From positions 469,171 through 533,170 of the forward strand of contig CAVXJL010000002.1 of NCBI GenBank assembly GCA_963762015.1: DNA of 64,000 nt, written 5' to 3'. The first letter of the stretch is position 1. Every line of letters starts with the position of its first letter. Positions 55,854 through 64,000 of the stretch are shown here, piece after piece. The notes under the pieces were generated by a model. That model saw nothing but the letters and a program-made list of their open reading frames with translations. It made no database searches and had not been told where the DNA came from. Both the position numbers and the translations under genes were made by a program. This DNA comes from an uncultured Actinomycetota bacterium (GTDB lineage Bacteria > Actinomycetota > UBA4738 > HRBIN12).

Positions 55854-58823
55854 CGCACCGCTCCGGCAGGCAAGTCCGCCTCCGGGTGGGTCGACGGCAG
55901 GAACACGCGGAAGGATGCGCCTCCGCCCTCCCGCTCCTCGACCCACGCGCGGCCGTGATGCATCTCCGCGAATCGGCGGACGAGCGTGAGTCCGATGCCC
56001 ACGCCCGGCGACGGCTGCGGTGGACCCGTTCCCTGACGGAACTCCTCGAAGATCGTCTCGCGCAGGTCGTCGGGCACTCCGCCGCCTTCATCCTCCACCG
56101 CGATCATGACGCCGTGGGCGGAACCGGTGACGGAAACGTGTACGGAGGTGCCGGTCGGGGTGTGTTTGATCGCATTCACCAGGAGGTTCTCCACGATCCG
56201 CTCCACCTTCGGGGGATCGACGGGACGATGACGGACTCGGTCGAGATCTCGACGTGCTCGACCCAACGGGATGTGTTTCCCCACCATCCGCCGAACCAGC
56301 TCGCCGACATCGGTCGGCTCGAAGGTCGGCGTCAGCACGCCACGAGCGAGCCGATCGAGATCGAGGAGGTTCGTGACCAATCGCTCCAGCCGGCGAGCGT
56401 TGTGCTCGATGCGGCCCGCGAGCTCCCGGGTTTCCTCCGGATCCAGCCCCACGTCTCCCCGCTCGAGCGTGATCGCCATCCCGAGGATCGCGGCAAGCGG
56501 CGTGCGCAGGTCGTGGGACACGGCCTGGAGGAACGTGTCCTTCATCACGTCGAGCGCGCTAGCCGGGCGGCCGCCTCTCGCTCGACCTCGAGCGCACGCT
56601 CCAGATCTTCTTGCGCGCGCTTGCGCTCGCTGATGTCGCGGATGAACCCGGAGAAGACGGTCTCCTCGCCGACCGCCACCGGGACGATGGCCAGCTCGAC
56701 GGGGATCATGCGTCCGTCCCGGCGGAATGCCTGGATCTCGATCCGCGAGTTCAGGACATCGCCCTCACCGGTGTCATGCCAGCGGCGCAGCCCTTCGTTG
56801 TGGGCGGCGCGGTGCGCGTGCGGAACGATCGTGTCGACGAGCGAGTGTCCGAGGACCTCCTCCGCGCTCCAACCGAAGGTCGTCTCCGCCTGAGGGTTCC
56901 ATCCGATGATCAGGCCCTCCGTGTCCATGCTCACGACGGCATCGAGGGAGGACTCCACCATGAGCCGCAGGTGCTCGTGAGCATCCTGGAGCCGTTGCTC
57001 GGCCTCCTTGCGCGCCGTGATGTTCAGCTGGAAACCTTGCCAGTACGGGGCCCGATCCTCCGGTCGGACGAGCCTCGCCTGGTCGAGGACCCACACCACC
57101 TGTCCGTCCTTGCGCACGATCCGGTACTCCTCCGAGAAGAGGTCGGAGCCGTCTACGTTGCTCGCGGCGTCGGCCGCCAAGACACGCTCCCGGTCATCCG
57201 GATGGATCAGCCGTTTCCAGAGCGCCGGGTCGTTCGCGACCACTGCCGTGGGTACCCGGTCAGCTCCTCGTCACCAGGTCCCACGTAGGTGGTGATCGCC
57301 TGACCGGGGTCGTCCGGATCGAGCTCCTGCACGTAGAAGACGGCCGGATTCTGCTCGACCATCGTCCGGAAGGTGAGCTCCGCTTCGCGGAGCCGCTCCT
57401 CGGCATCCCGACGGGAGCTCACGTCGGTGAGGAAGCCGAGGAAGTAGTCGAGGTTGCCCTCCTGGTCCAACACGGCGGTGGAGATGTCGTGCACCCACAC
57501 CCAGTGGCCGTCCGCGTGGCGCATCCGATATTCGTGGTCGAACACTTCGAAGTCGGCGTTGTTGAAGGCGTCGATCGACCGGAGGTGCGCGAGATCGTCG
57601 GGGTGCATCTGATCGAACCAGAACCCCGCGTCGTCGAGGAATCGTTGCGGAGGGAAGCCGAGGATCGCTTCCATCTGTGGACTGACGAACCCCATCGACG
57701 TGATCCCGTCGGCTCCCACGTAGTCCGTGTAGGTGACGGCGGGGATCAGCTCCACCATCGCTCGGTAGCGAGCTTCCGCTTGACGCAGGCGTCCCTCCGC
57801 CTCCATCTGCTCGCTCACGTCCACCATGAAGCCCTGCCAGTACCCGATCCGCCCGTCCTCGTCGTAGACCGGGCGGGCCTTGTCGCGCACCGACACCCAG
57901 CGCCCGTCGGCCGTCCTCATCCGGTAGACCTGATCGAAATCCACCCTTGTCGCGAACGCGAGACGGTTCGCCTCCTGCACGCGCTCGACGTCGTCGGGAT
58001 GAACGGTCGCCCACCACCAGGTCCGATCGTCGGTTGCACGTTCCGGCGGATAGCCGAGGAGCACCTCGATCTGGGGGCTGACGAACGTGACGCGTCCCCC
58101 GTCGTCGTGGTGAGCCTCCGTGTAGGTCACCGCGGGGTTCTGCGTGACGAGTTCTTGGTACCGGGCCTCCGCCTCGAGCCGGCGACCCTCGGCACGTTGT
58201 CGTTGGACGGCCGCTCCGAGCATGCCCGCCACGGCGCGGAGTGAGTCGAGTTCGTGTCGCGACCATCGCCGTTCCACGAAGCAGTCGTCGAAGCCGATGA
58301 AGGCCCACCAAGCGCCGTCCACGAAGACCGGGAACGATGCGATCGACACGATCTGCTCGCGGATGAGCTCTGCTCGCTCCTCTTCGGGGAATTCGCGAAC
58401 GATGCCGTGGACCGTCTCCTGGTTCGTCATGAGGCGGATCCAACGGTCGAAGCCGTTGCTGCGCATCCCGGCTCCGTTCAGGGCGGGATTCCCGAACTGG
58501 GACGTGACGTTGGGAGCGCACCACTCCGCGTGCTGTGTCACCAGATAGTCGCCGTCACCATCGGGCACCACGAGGATCAGATAGGACCGGGAGACCTCCG
58601 CGGCGAGACCGAGATGCCGGAGGACGTCATCGACCGCAGCACTCCAGTCGGCCGCCAGGAGCAGGCGTTCAGCCGAGAAGGCGACGGAGGCGAGCATCGC
58701 ATCGCCGCCCACCTGATGCTCTTGATCCCGGATCGATCGAGCCAACGCGCATCCTTCCGCCCAGGCATGCTGGAAACCCGCTATCAGCGGTCTTTCCGGA
58801 TTATCGGGCGCGGCACCGAACAC
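55850..58823 (-). pseudogene. Large cytoplasmic GAF + multi-PAS sensor histidine kinase, split into three ORFs by two frame breaks
   Basis: ORF 57207..58823 carries GAF plus three PAS domains. ORF 56545..57243 carries two PAS domains. ORF 55850..56548 carries HisKA (FLQAVSHDLRTPL) and HATPase (NLLVNAIKHT, DEGGGV, GIGLTLV). The junctions read through if one C is added at the G run 57250-57252 (LTGYP|TAVVANDPALWKRLIHPDD) and one nt is added near 56553-56562 (AARLAR|LDVMKDTFL). Confidence 0.8.
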
Positions 58824-58867
58824 ATGGAGTCCCCTCGTTGGGGTCGGACTTGACCCGCTCGGGGGGC

Positions 58868-60022
58868 TCAGGCCTGGTCAGGAAGGACTGGAAGCACACC
58901 GGGTGTGGAGCCGGCGACGGGCATCTCCTCAGGCGAGGGCCAGCGCCGGCGAGACTTGGCTGCCAGCTTGAACATCAGCTCGACTGCCTTGGGATCCTCG
59001 GCTCCAGGCCGATGCTCGATCACGCCGTCGGCAGTGGCCCGGTCCCAGATGTCTTGGCCTCGCTCGGTCCGGACGATCGAGAGCGTCCAGCCCTCCGACT
59101 GTCCGAGTCCGCCGAAGGAGATGTCGGCGTGCTCGGCGGCGAAGTCGGGGCAGCGAAGACAGCCGGGCCTGGTGTACTGCTGTGCGTCCTTCAACGAGTA
59201 GATGACCTCGTCGCCGGCGTCCGTGTAGAACAGCAGCTTCCCCTTGACGTTCACCCGGGCCAGGTGATCGAGGTCCAGGCCGAGCTCCTTCTGGGCGATC
59301 TCGACCATCAGGCCGTCGTACGTGAACGACTTCGAGCAGAGGAGCCCGAAGGTCCAGGCGATCTTCCGCCGCCACTTGTTCACCCGCCGGACTTCCAAGG
59401 CCCCGGTCGCGCTCGATTGGCAACCCATCCCCACGAGGGCGAGCTTCGAGAGCCCCATCTCGGCCGCCTTGAGGAGCGCGAGGGGATTCGCGGAGTACGT
59501 GTAGCGGGACCCTGCCGTGGCGAGGACCCCTTCCGCATCCGTGACCACGGTCGGCTCGGCGTCCCAGGCGCGCTCGTCCGAGAGTTTGGAGGTCAGGGCC
59601 CCGTCGATCTCGCCGTTGGCGAGCCCCCAGAGCAGCAGCGCCGAGACGGCACCGCCGTCCTGCCCGTGCATGAGCGCCTCCTGCCCCGTGGCCCTGGCGA
59701 GGTAGATGTCACGGTAGTGACCGATGACCTCCTCGGGCTTGCGGACCTGGCCGAAGAAGAGCTCGTCGATCTCCGACTCCCATTCACGGAACCTCGGACA
59801 CGCGCGGGTGCAGATGTCGCATCCCTTATCGCCGTGGCTGCAGCCGTCGGGCCCTTCCTCTTGGAGCTGGACCGGGACGTCGTTCTCGTAGCCCAGGACG
59901 TGGAACGGACAGGCAACGATGCAGGAGGTGCAGCCGGTGCACAGCCCCGTGAGCACCACCTCGTTGTAGAGGTCTCGCCACTGGGTCTTCTCGACGGCCA
60001 CGTCGGCAGTGTAGTTGCCCAT
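58868..60022 (-). CDS. Coenzyme F420 hydrogenase/dehydrogenase beta-subunit (FrhB/FpoF)-like protein with N-terminal 2x[4Fe-4S] motifs
   Basis: 384 aa. [12 protein letters not shown] and CDICTRACP are ferredoxin-type clusters, followed by [11 protein letters not shown]...ATAGSRY and LVGMGCQ...FGLLC...C.RCPDF, the FrhB N/C domains. Confidence 0.8.
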   Translation of the reverse strand: MGNYTADVAVEKTQWRDLYNEVVLTGLCTGCTSCIVACPFHVLGYENDVPVQLQEEGPDGCSHGDKGCDICTRACPRFREWESEIDELFFGQVRKPEEVIGHYRDIYLARATGQEALMHGQDGGAVSALLLWGLANGEIDGALTSKLSDERAWDAEPTVVTDAEGVLATAGSRYTYSANPLALLKAAEMGLSKLALVGMGCQSSATGALEVRRVNKWRRKIAWTFGLLCSKSFTYDGLMVEIAQKELGLDLDHLARVNVKGKLLFYTDAGDEVIYSLKDAQQYTRPGCLRCPDFAAEHADISFGGLGQSEGWTLSIVRTERGQDIWDRATADGVIEHRPGAEDPKAVELMFKLAAKSRRRWPSPEEMPVAGSTPGVLPVLPDQA

Positions 60023-60101
60023 CTCGCCACGGGCGAAAGCCTCGACCGCCGCTCGGCCGTAGTACCGTCGGCACCATTAGCCGTGACGACTGGGAGGGAA
60101 G

Positions 60102-60497
60102 ATGCACCGACGGTGGATGCGACTGCTGGGAGCCCTGTTCGCGCTCACGCTGCTGGCGGCGGCCTGCGGAGGGGACGACACTCCGCCGGCAGATGACGGT
60201 GGCACCCCCAGCCAGAGCCCGTCCGATGACGGTGGCAGCCCATCCGATGAGGGTGGCGCCGACCTGACCATCGTGGACTTCAGCTTCTCGCCGGCCAAGC
60301 TCTCCGTGACCGAGGGGCAGACCATCACGGTCTTCAACATCGGCGAGACCTCGCACACGTTCACGACCGACGACGGCGCGATCGACGAGACTATCGGCGT
60401 CGGTGACACGGTGGAGATCGATCTCACGGGCGTCAGCAGCGGTGGGTTCGTGTGCCGGTTCCACTCTCAGATGACGGGGACGCTCACCGTCGGGTGA
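60102..60497 (+). CDS. Cupredoxin-fold (plastocyanin/amicyanin-like) copper lipoprotein
   Basis: Signal and lipobox: MHRRWMRLLGALFALTLLAAAC. A Gly/Asp/Pro linker follows. The type-1 Cu ligand pattern is ...ETSHTF...CRFHSQM. Confidence 0.75.
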   Translation: MHRRWMRLLGALFALTLLAAACGGDDTPPADDGGTPSQSPSDDGGSPSDEGGADLTIVDFSFSPAKLSVTEGQTITVFNIGETSHTFTTDDGAIDETIGVGDTVEIDLTGVSSGGFVCRFHSQMTGTLTVG

Positions 60498-60506
60498 GGG
60501 TCCTGG

Positions 60507-60863
60507 CTAGATCGCGAACGAGTCGCCGCAGGCGCACTCGTGGGTGGCCTGCGGGTTGATCATCTTGAGGCCGCCCCCGAGGAGCGCGTCGTTGTACTCG
60601 AGCGTGGACCCCCGGACGATCGGCCCGCTCTTCGGGTCGACGAGGACGCGGACGCCGTCCGCGGCTTCGATCACCGCGTCGCTCTCGTCGGGACCGTCGA
60701 CGAACGACAGCTCGTAGGTGAACCCGGAGCATCCGCCGGCCGTCACGCGGACGCGCAGGATCGGCAGCGCGCGCCCCTCCTTCAGCGCGAGCGCGGCGAT
60801 CCGGCGCGCGGCCTTTTCGGTGACGGCGATGACCTCGGTGACGGAAGCGTCCATGTCCCCCAA
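60507..60863 (-). CDS. HesB/IscA-family iron-sulfur cluster insertion protein (ErpA/SufA-like)
   Basis: 118 aa. LRVRVTAGGCSGFTYELSF...NPQATHECACGDSFAI carries the three conserved Cys, including the C-terminal C-x-C-G motif. Confidence 0.88.
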   Translation of the reverse strand: MGDMDASVTEVIAVTEKAARRIAALALKEGRALPILRVRVTAGGCSGFTYELSFVDGPDESDAVIEAADGVRVLVDPKSGPIVRGSTLEYNDALLGGGLKMINPQATHECACGDSFAI

Positions 60864-60865
60864 GG

Positions 60866-62236
60866 CTACCCGACCTGCTCGTCGATGCCGAGCAGGGCGG
60901 CCTTCACCGACTCCGAAAGCGTGGGGTAGGCGTGGATCGCGCCGGCGACGGCCGGCGCCGTCGTCCGCGCCACCATCATGAGGACCACCTGGTGGATCAG
61001 GGCCCCGGCCTCCTCGCCCACGATGTGCCCCCCGAGGAGCTCGCCGTTCGTGCGCTCGGCCACGAGCTTCACGAGGCCGTGTGTGCCGCCCTCGATGTAC
61101 GAGCGCTCGTTGTCCGCGAACCGGACCACCGCGGTGATCACCCGGTGGCCGTCGTCGCGAGCCTCCCGTTCCGTGAGGCCGACGCTCGCGACCTCGGGAT
61201 CGCAGAACGTGACCCGGGGCACGACCCGGTAGTCCCGCCGCTCCGGGTGCCCGAGGATGTCCTTGACGACGAGCTCTGCCTCGTACGTGCCCACGTGGGT
61301 GAACAGCAGGTCTCCGGTCGCGTCGCCGGCGGCCCAGACGTGGTCGTTGGTGGTGCGAAGCGTCTCGGTGAGGATCGGCTTCCCCTCGTCGTCCAGCTCG
61401 ACCCCCGCCGCGTCCAGGTCGTGGCTGTCGAAGACCGGTTGCCTTCCGGTCGCGACGAGAAGCTCATCGGCGACCACCGGATCCCCGTCCTCGAGGGCCA
61501 GCGTCCACGCGGATCCATCGTGATGCGCCCGTTCGATCGTCACGCTCGACATCAGGGCGATCCCCTCGCCTTCGAGGGCAGGGACAAGGGATGCGGCGGC
61601 CTCTTCGTCCTCTTGGGGAAGGACGTGCGGGAGGGACTCCAGCGCCGTCACGCGTGAGCCGAAGCGGGCGTAGATCTGCGCGAACTCGATCCCGATGGCG
61701 CCGGTGCCGATCACCGCGAGGGACTCGGGGACCGTCTCCGGACGCCAGATCGCTTCCTTGTTGGTCCAGAAGGGTCCCTCCTCGAGTCCGGGGATCGGGG
61801 GAACGTCGGCGTCCGTCCCGGTCGCCAGAACGACGCGGTCGGCCTCCGCCTGCGTGCCGTCCGCAAGTTCCACCCGGTGCTCACCGAGGAGCCGTGCCTC
61901 TTGCATGAACACCTCGACGCCCGCTTGCTCGAACGGCGCCGCACCGTCGCCGGACTGGGAGTCGATGACGTCACGGGCACGTTGCTGCACCGCCTTGAGG
62001 TCGACCTCGACGTCGGGGATCCGCAGGCCGAAGCGCTCGCCGTCACGGGCGAGTGCCGCGATCTTCGCGGATCGGAGCATGACCTTCGTGGGCACGCAGC
62101 CGTAGTGGTTGCACTCACCGCCGAGCTTGTCCCTTTCCGCAAGGGCCACCTTCATCCCCGACGTCCGCGCGAGCGAGAAGGCGACCTCGGACCCGGTACC
62201 GCCGCCGCCGATCACGAAGACGTCGAACCGGTCCAT
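60866..62236 (-). CDS. Class I pyridine nucleotide-disulfide oxidoreductase (dihydrolipoyl dehydrogenase / mycothione- or mercuric-reductase-like)
   Basis: 456 aa. FAD motif VIGGGGTGSE, redox-active disulfide GGECNHYGCVPTK, NAD motif VIGTGAIGIE, and the dimerisation-domain HAYPTLSE (His-Glu pair). Confidence 0.85.
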   Translation of the reverse strand: MDRFDVFVIGGGGTGSEVAFSLARTSGMKVALAERDKLGGECNHYGCVPTKVMLRSAKIAALARDGERFGLRIPDVEVDLKAVQQRARDVIDSQSGDGAAPFEQAGVEVFMQEARLLGEHRVELADGTQAEADRVVLATGTDADVPPIPGLEEGPFWTNKEAIWRPETVPESLAVIGTGAIGIEFAQIYARFGSRVTALESLPHVLPQEDEEAAASLVPALEGEGIALMSSVTIERAHHDGSAWTLALEDGDPVVADELLVATGRQPVFDSHDLDAAGVELDDEGKPILTETLRTTNDHVWAAGDATGDLLFTHVGTYEAELVVKDILGHPERRDYRVVPRVTFCDPEVASVGLTEREARDDGHRVITAVVRFADNERSYIEGGTHGLVKLVAERTNGELLGGHIVGEEAGALIHQVVLMMVARTTAPAVAGAIHAYPTLSESVKAALLGIDEQVG

Positions 62237-62243
62237 CGGAGGA

Positions 62244-63482
62244 TCAGCGCGTCCCCAGGAAGCCGACGAAGACGCGCGCGTAGGCCCGTGCCGCCACGAC
62301 CATCTCCTCCACCCCGATGGACTCGTTCGCGGTGTGCGCGAGGGAGAGGGAGCCCGGTCCGGCGATCACCGTCGGGATGTGCGAGTCGTTGATGTAGAAG
62401 CGGGCGTCGGTGATGCCCGTGAAGCCCACGAATGACGGTGGCGCACCGGTCTCGGTGGCGATCGCGTCGCGAACGAGCGCCGCGATCGCGGAGTCGCCGG
62501 TAGTCTCGGCCGCCTCGGTCCAATCCTTCAACGAGATGTCGATGTCGGTCTCCGGGCGCTCCGCCACGAGGTCGTCGACCAGGAGACGGAACGGGGCGAG
62601 CACCTCCTCGGGGTCTTCCTCGCCCGGCACGATCCGACGATCGATCTCCACCTCGCAGCGGTCCGGCACGACGTTGGGTGCGCTCCCTCCGGACACCAGC
62701 GCGACGTTGACCGTCGGAGGCCCGACGAGGGGATGCACCCGGTCGGGAAGCGCCTCCGGCAATCGCAGCAGGAAGCGCGACATCGTGAGGATCGCGTTGA
62801 TGCCGCGGTCCGGCTGCGAGCCGTGGGCCGCCTTGCCGTGCGCCACGGCCTTGACCCAGGCGCCGCCGCGTTCGGCCAGAGCGATCTCCATCTCGGACGG
62901 CTCGCCCACGATGGCCGCGTCCTGGTCGAGGAGACCCTGGTCGCGGAGGACCTTGGTGCCGTGGATCCCAGCGAGCTCCTCGTCGGCCACCAGATGCAGC
63001 TCGAGGGTTCCGGCCAGCGAGAGGCCGGCGCGGCGGAGCGCCGCGACGGCCGCGAGCGCGGACGCGATCGGCCCCTTCATGTCGCAGGCCCCGCGGCCCA
63101 CCAGCCTGCCGTCGACGACCGCGCCTTCGAAAGGGCTGCTCGACCACGTCGAAGGATCGCCGGCCGGCACGGTGTCGAGGTGCCCGTTCCAGGCGAGATG
63201 GGGGCGCGCCCCGGAGCCGATCCGCGCCACGACGCTGGGACGCCCCTCTTCGGACCGGACGATCTGGATCTCGGCACCGAGGTCGGTGAGGATGCCCATG
63301 GCCACGTCGGCGACCTCGTCCTCGGTACCTCCGGGGTTCTCGGACGGCGCGGCGATCAGGGCTCGTGCATAGCGGAGAACCTCATCCCGGTCGGTGGCCG
63401 CTGCCGCGGCCTCGGCCGCCGCCGCAGCCGCCGCGTCGGCGGCAGCTTCCGACGCGGGCTCCGCGACGTCCTCGCCTACCAT
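62244..63482 (-). CDS. M20 family metallopeptidase (ArgE/DapE/acetylornithine deacetylase-like)
   Basis: 412 aa. LAWNGHLDTVP, GRGACDMKG, DEE(L)AG and GFTGITDARF are M20 metal-binding and catalytic motifs. The N-terminal Ala-rich 30 aa make the true start uncertain. Confidence 0.82.
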   Translation of the reverse strand: MVGEDVAEPASEAAADAAAAAAAEAAAAATDRDEVLRYARALIAAPSENPGGTEDEVADVAMGILTDLGAEIQIVRSEEGRPSVVARIGSGARPHLAWNGHLDTVPAGDPSTWSSSPFEGAVVDGRLVGRGACDMKGPIASALAAVAALRRAGLSLAGTLELHLVADEELAGIHGTKVLRDQGLLDQDAAIVGEPSEMEIALAERGGAWVKAVAHGKAAHGSQPDRGINAILTMSRFLLRLPEALPDRVHPLVGPPTVNVALVSGGSAPNVVPDRCEVEIDRRIVPGEEDPEEVLAPFRLLVDDLVAERPETDIDISLKDWTEAAETTGDSAIAALVRDAIATETGAPPSFVGFTGITDARFYINDSHIPTVIAGPGSLSLAHTANESIGVEEMVVAARAYARVFVGFLGTR

Positions 63483-63490
63483 GGCTGCGG

Positions 63491-64000
63491 ATGCTACACG
63501 CGCCCTCTCTGCAGGAAGTCCTTCGTTCGGCGCTCGATCCGGCGCCGGCGCACGCGCCGGCGCCGGGCGACCGCCTCGCCGCCGTGCTCGCCCCGCTCGT
63601 CGAATCGCCGGACCCCTCCTTGATCTTCACGGTCCGCTCCGACGCGTTGTCGCGTCACCCCGGGGAGGTCTCCTTCCCCGGCGGGCTCGTGGACGAGGGC
63701 GAGGCGCCCGCCGACGCCGCGCGGCGCGAGGCCTTCGAGGAGATCGGCCTCGACCCCGCGCTTCCACAGCTGGTCGGAGCCCTCCCGCCCGTGCACACCT
63801 ACGTGTCCGCGATCCTCGTGATCCCCTTCGTCGGTCTGTTGAAGTTGCCCCCGGATCTGTTCGCCGCGGAGGCCGAGATCAAGGAGATCATCCGCGTGCC
63901 GCTGGCCGACCTCGTCGCCGTCGAGGAGCCGATGGAGCTGCCTCGCGGCGACGGGAGCGTCTGGCACGGCTGGGCGTATCCCGCGGACGGGCACACGATC
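63491..64000 (+). CDS. Nudix CoA pyrophosphatase (3' end outside window)
   Basis: This gene is not in the ORF track because no stop lies inside the window. My own translation from the ATG at 63491 is MLHAPSLQEVLRSAL...LIFTVRSDALSRHPGEVSFPGGLVDEGEAPADAARREAFEEIGL.... It shows the NuCoA motif (R-S-x-x-L-x-x-H-x-G-x-x-x-FPGG) plus the Nudix box. Confidence 0.75.
   Translation, partial: MLHAPSLQEVLRSALDPAPAHAPAPGDRLAAVLAPLVESPDPSLIFTVRSDALSRHPGEVSFPGGLVDEGEAPADAARREAFEEIGLDPALPQLVGALPPVHTYVSAILVIPFVGLLKLPPDLFAAEAEIKEIIRVPLADLVAVEEPMELPRGDGSVWHGWAYPADGHTI

Noticed and set aside
44501-57252. Programmed ribosomal frameshifting or transcriptional slippage as an explanation for the split genes.
   Set aside because: The breaks occur in eight unrelated genes at non-conserved positions, without shared slippery heptamers or downstream structures. 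The intact duplicate copies show the unshifted sequence at the same sites.
1-64000. I searched by eye for rRNA, tRNA, tmRNA, CRISPR repeats, transposases/integrases, phage genes, toxin-antitoxin pairs and known defence-system genes.
   Set aside because: I found none. There are no short regularly spaced repeats, no cloverleaf-like segments in the intergenic gaps (all are 353 nt or shorter), and no DDE, tyrosine or serine recombinase motifs in any frame I read. A covariance-model or HMM scan would be needed to exclude small RNAs formally.

Overview
This is a very GC-rich, gene-dense chromosomal segment of about 60 protein genes. I recognised no rRNA, tRNA, CRISPR array or transposase. Gene content looks actinobacterial: a SenX3/RegX3-type Pho system, a ppk1 plus MutT1-like pair, an Rv2133c-Rv2135c-like triad, F420-type enzymes and a 7Fe ferredoxin.

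Layout:
- 0-8 kb: tail of a Tad pilus locus, pheA, a PQQ-like propeller protein, a rhomboid protease, and an operon of ogt, a kinase-like gene, DUF3090 and a histidine phosphatase.
- 8-22 kb: one contiguous phosphate/polyphosphate super-locus (ppx, a divergent sensor kinase, pstSCAB-phoU-response regulator, ppk1-CHAD-Nudix/His-phosphatase, DUF47-PiT).
- 22-30 kb: Mg2+ transport (corA; an MgtE/SLC41-like membrane protein with a PhoU/TrkA-C regulator), ispH and DNA repair.
- 30.5-39.5 kb: cyanophycin genes (cphB-cphA1) and trehalose genes (otsB/otsA).
- 43-53.5 kb: gabT plus an aldehyde dehydrogenase pair.
- 54-64 kb: F420/ferredoxin/redox genes and a roughly 990-aa GAF-PAS histidine kinase.

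Main observations:
- A second CphA-like protein (37505-39205) keeps the N-terminal and Mur-ligase domains but has no ATP-grasp domain. This is the most unusual item in the window.
- The aldehyde dehydrogenase pair sits in a 3.6-kb tandem duplication. The two copies differ almost only at synonymous sites, yet every gene in copy 1 is frame-broken.
- Eleven of the twelve apparent single-base frameshifts in the window fall between 44.5 and 57.3 kb.

Most long ORFs in the supplied track that lie antisense to, or out of frame with, these genes are GC-driven artefacts.
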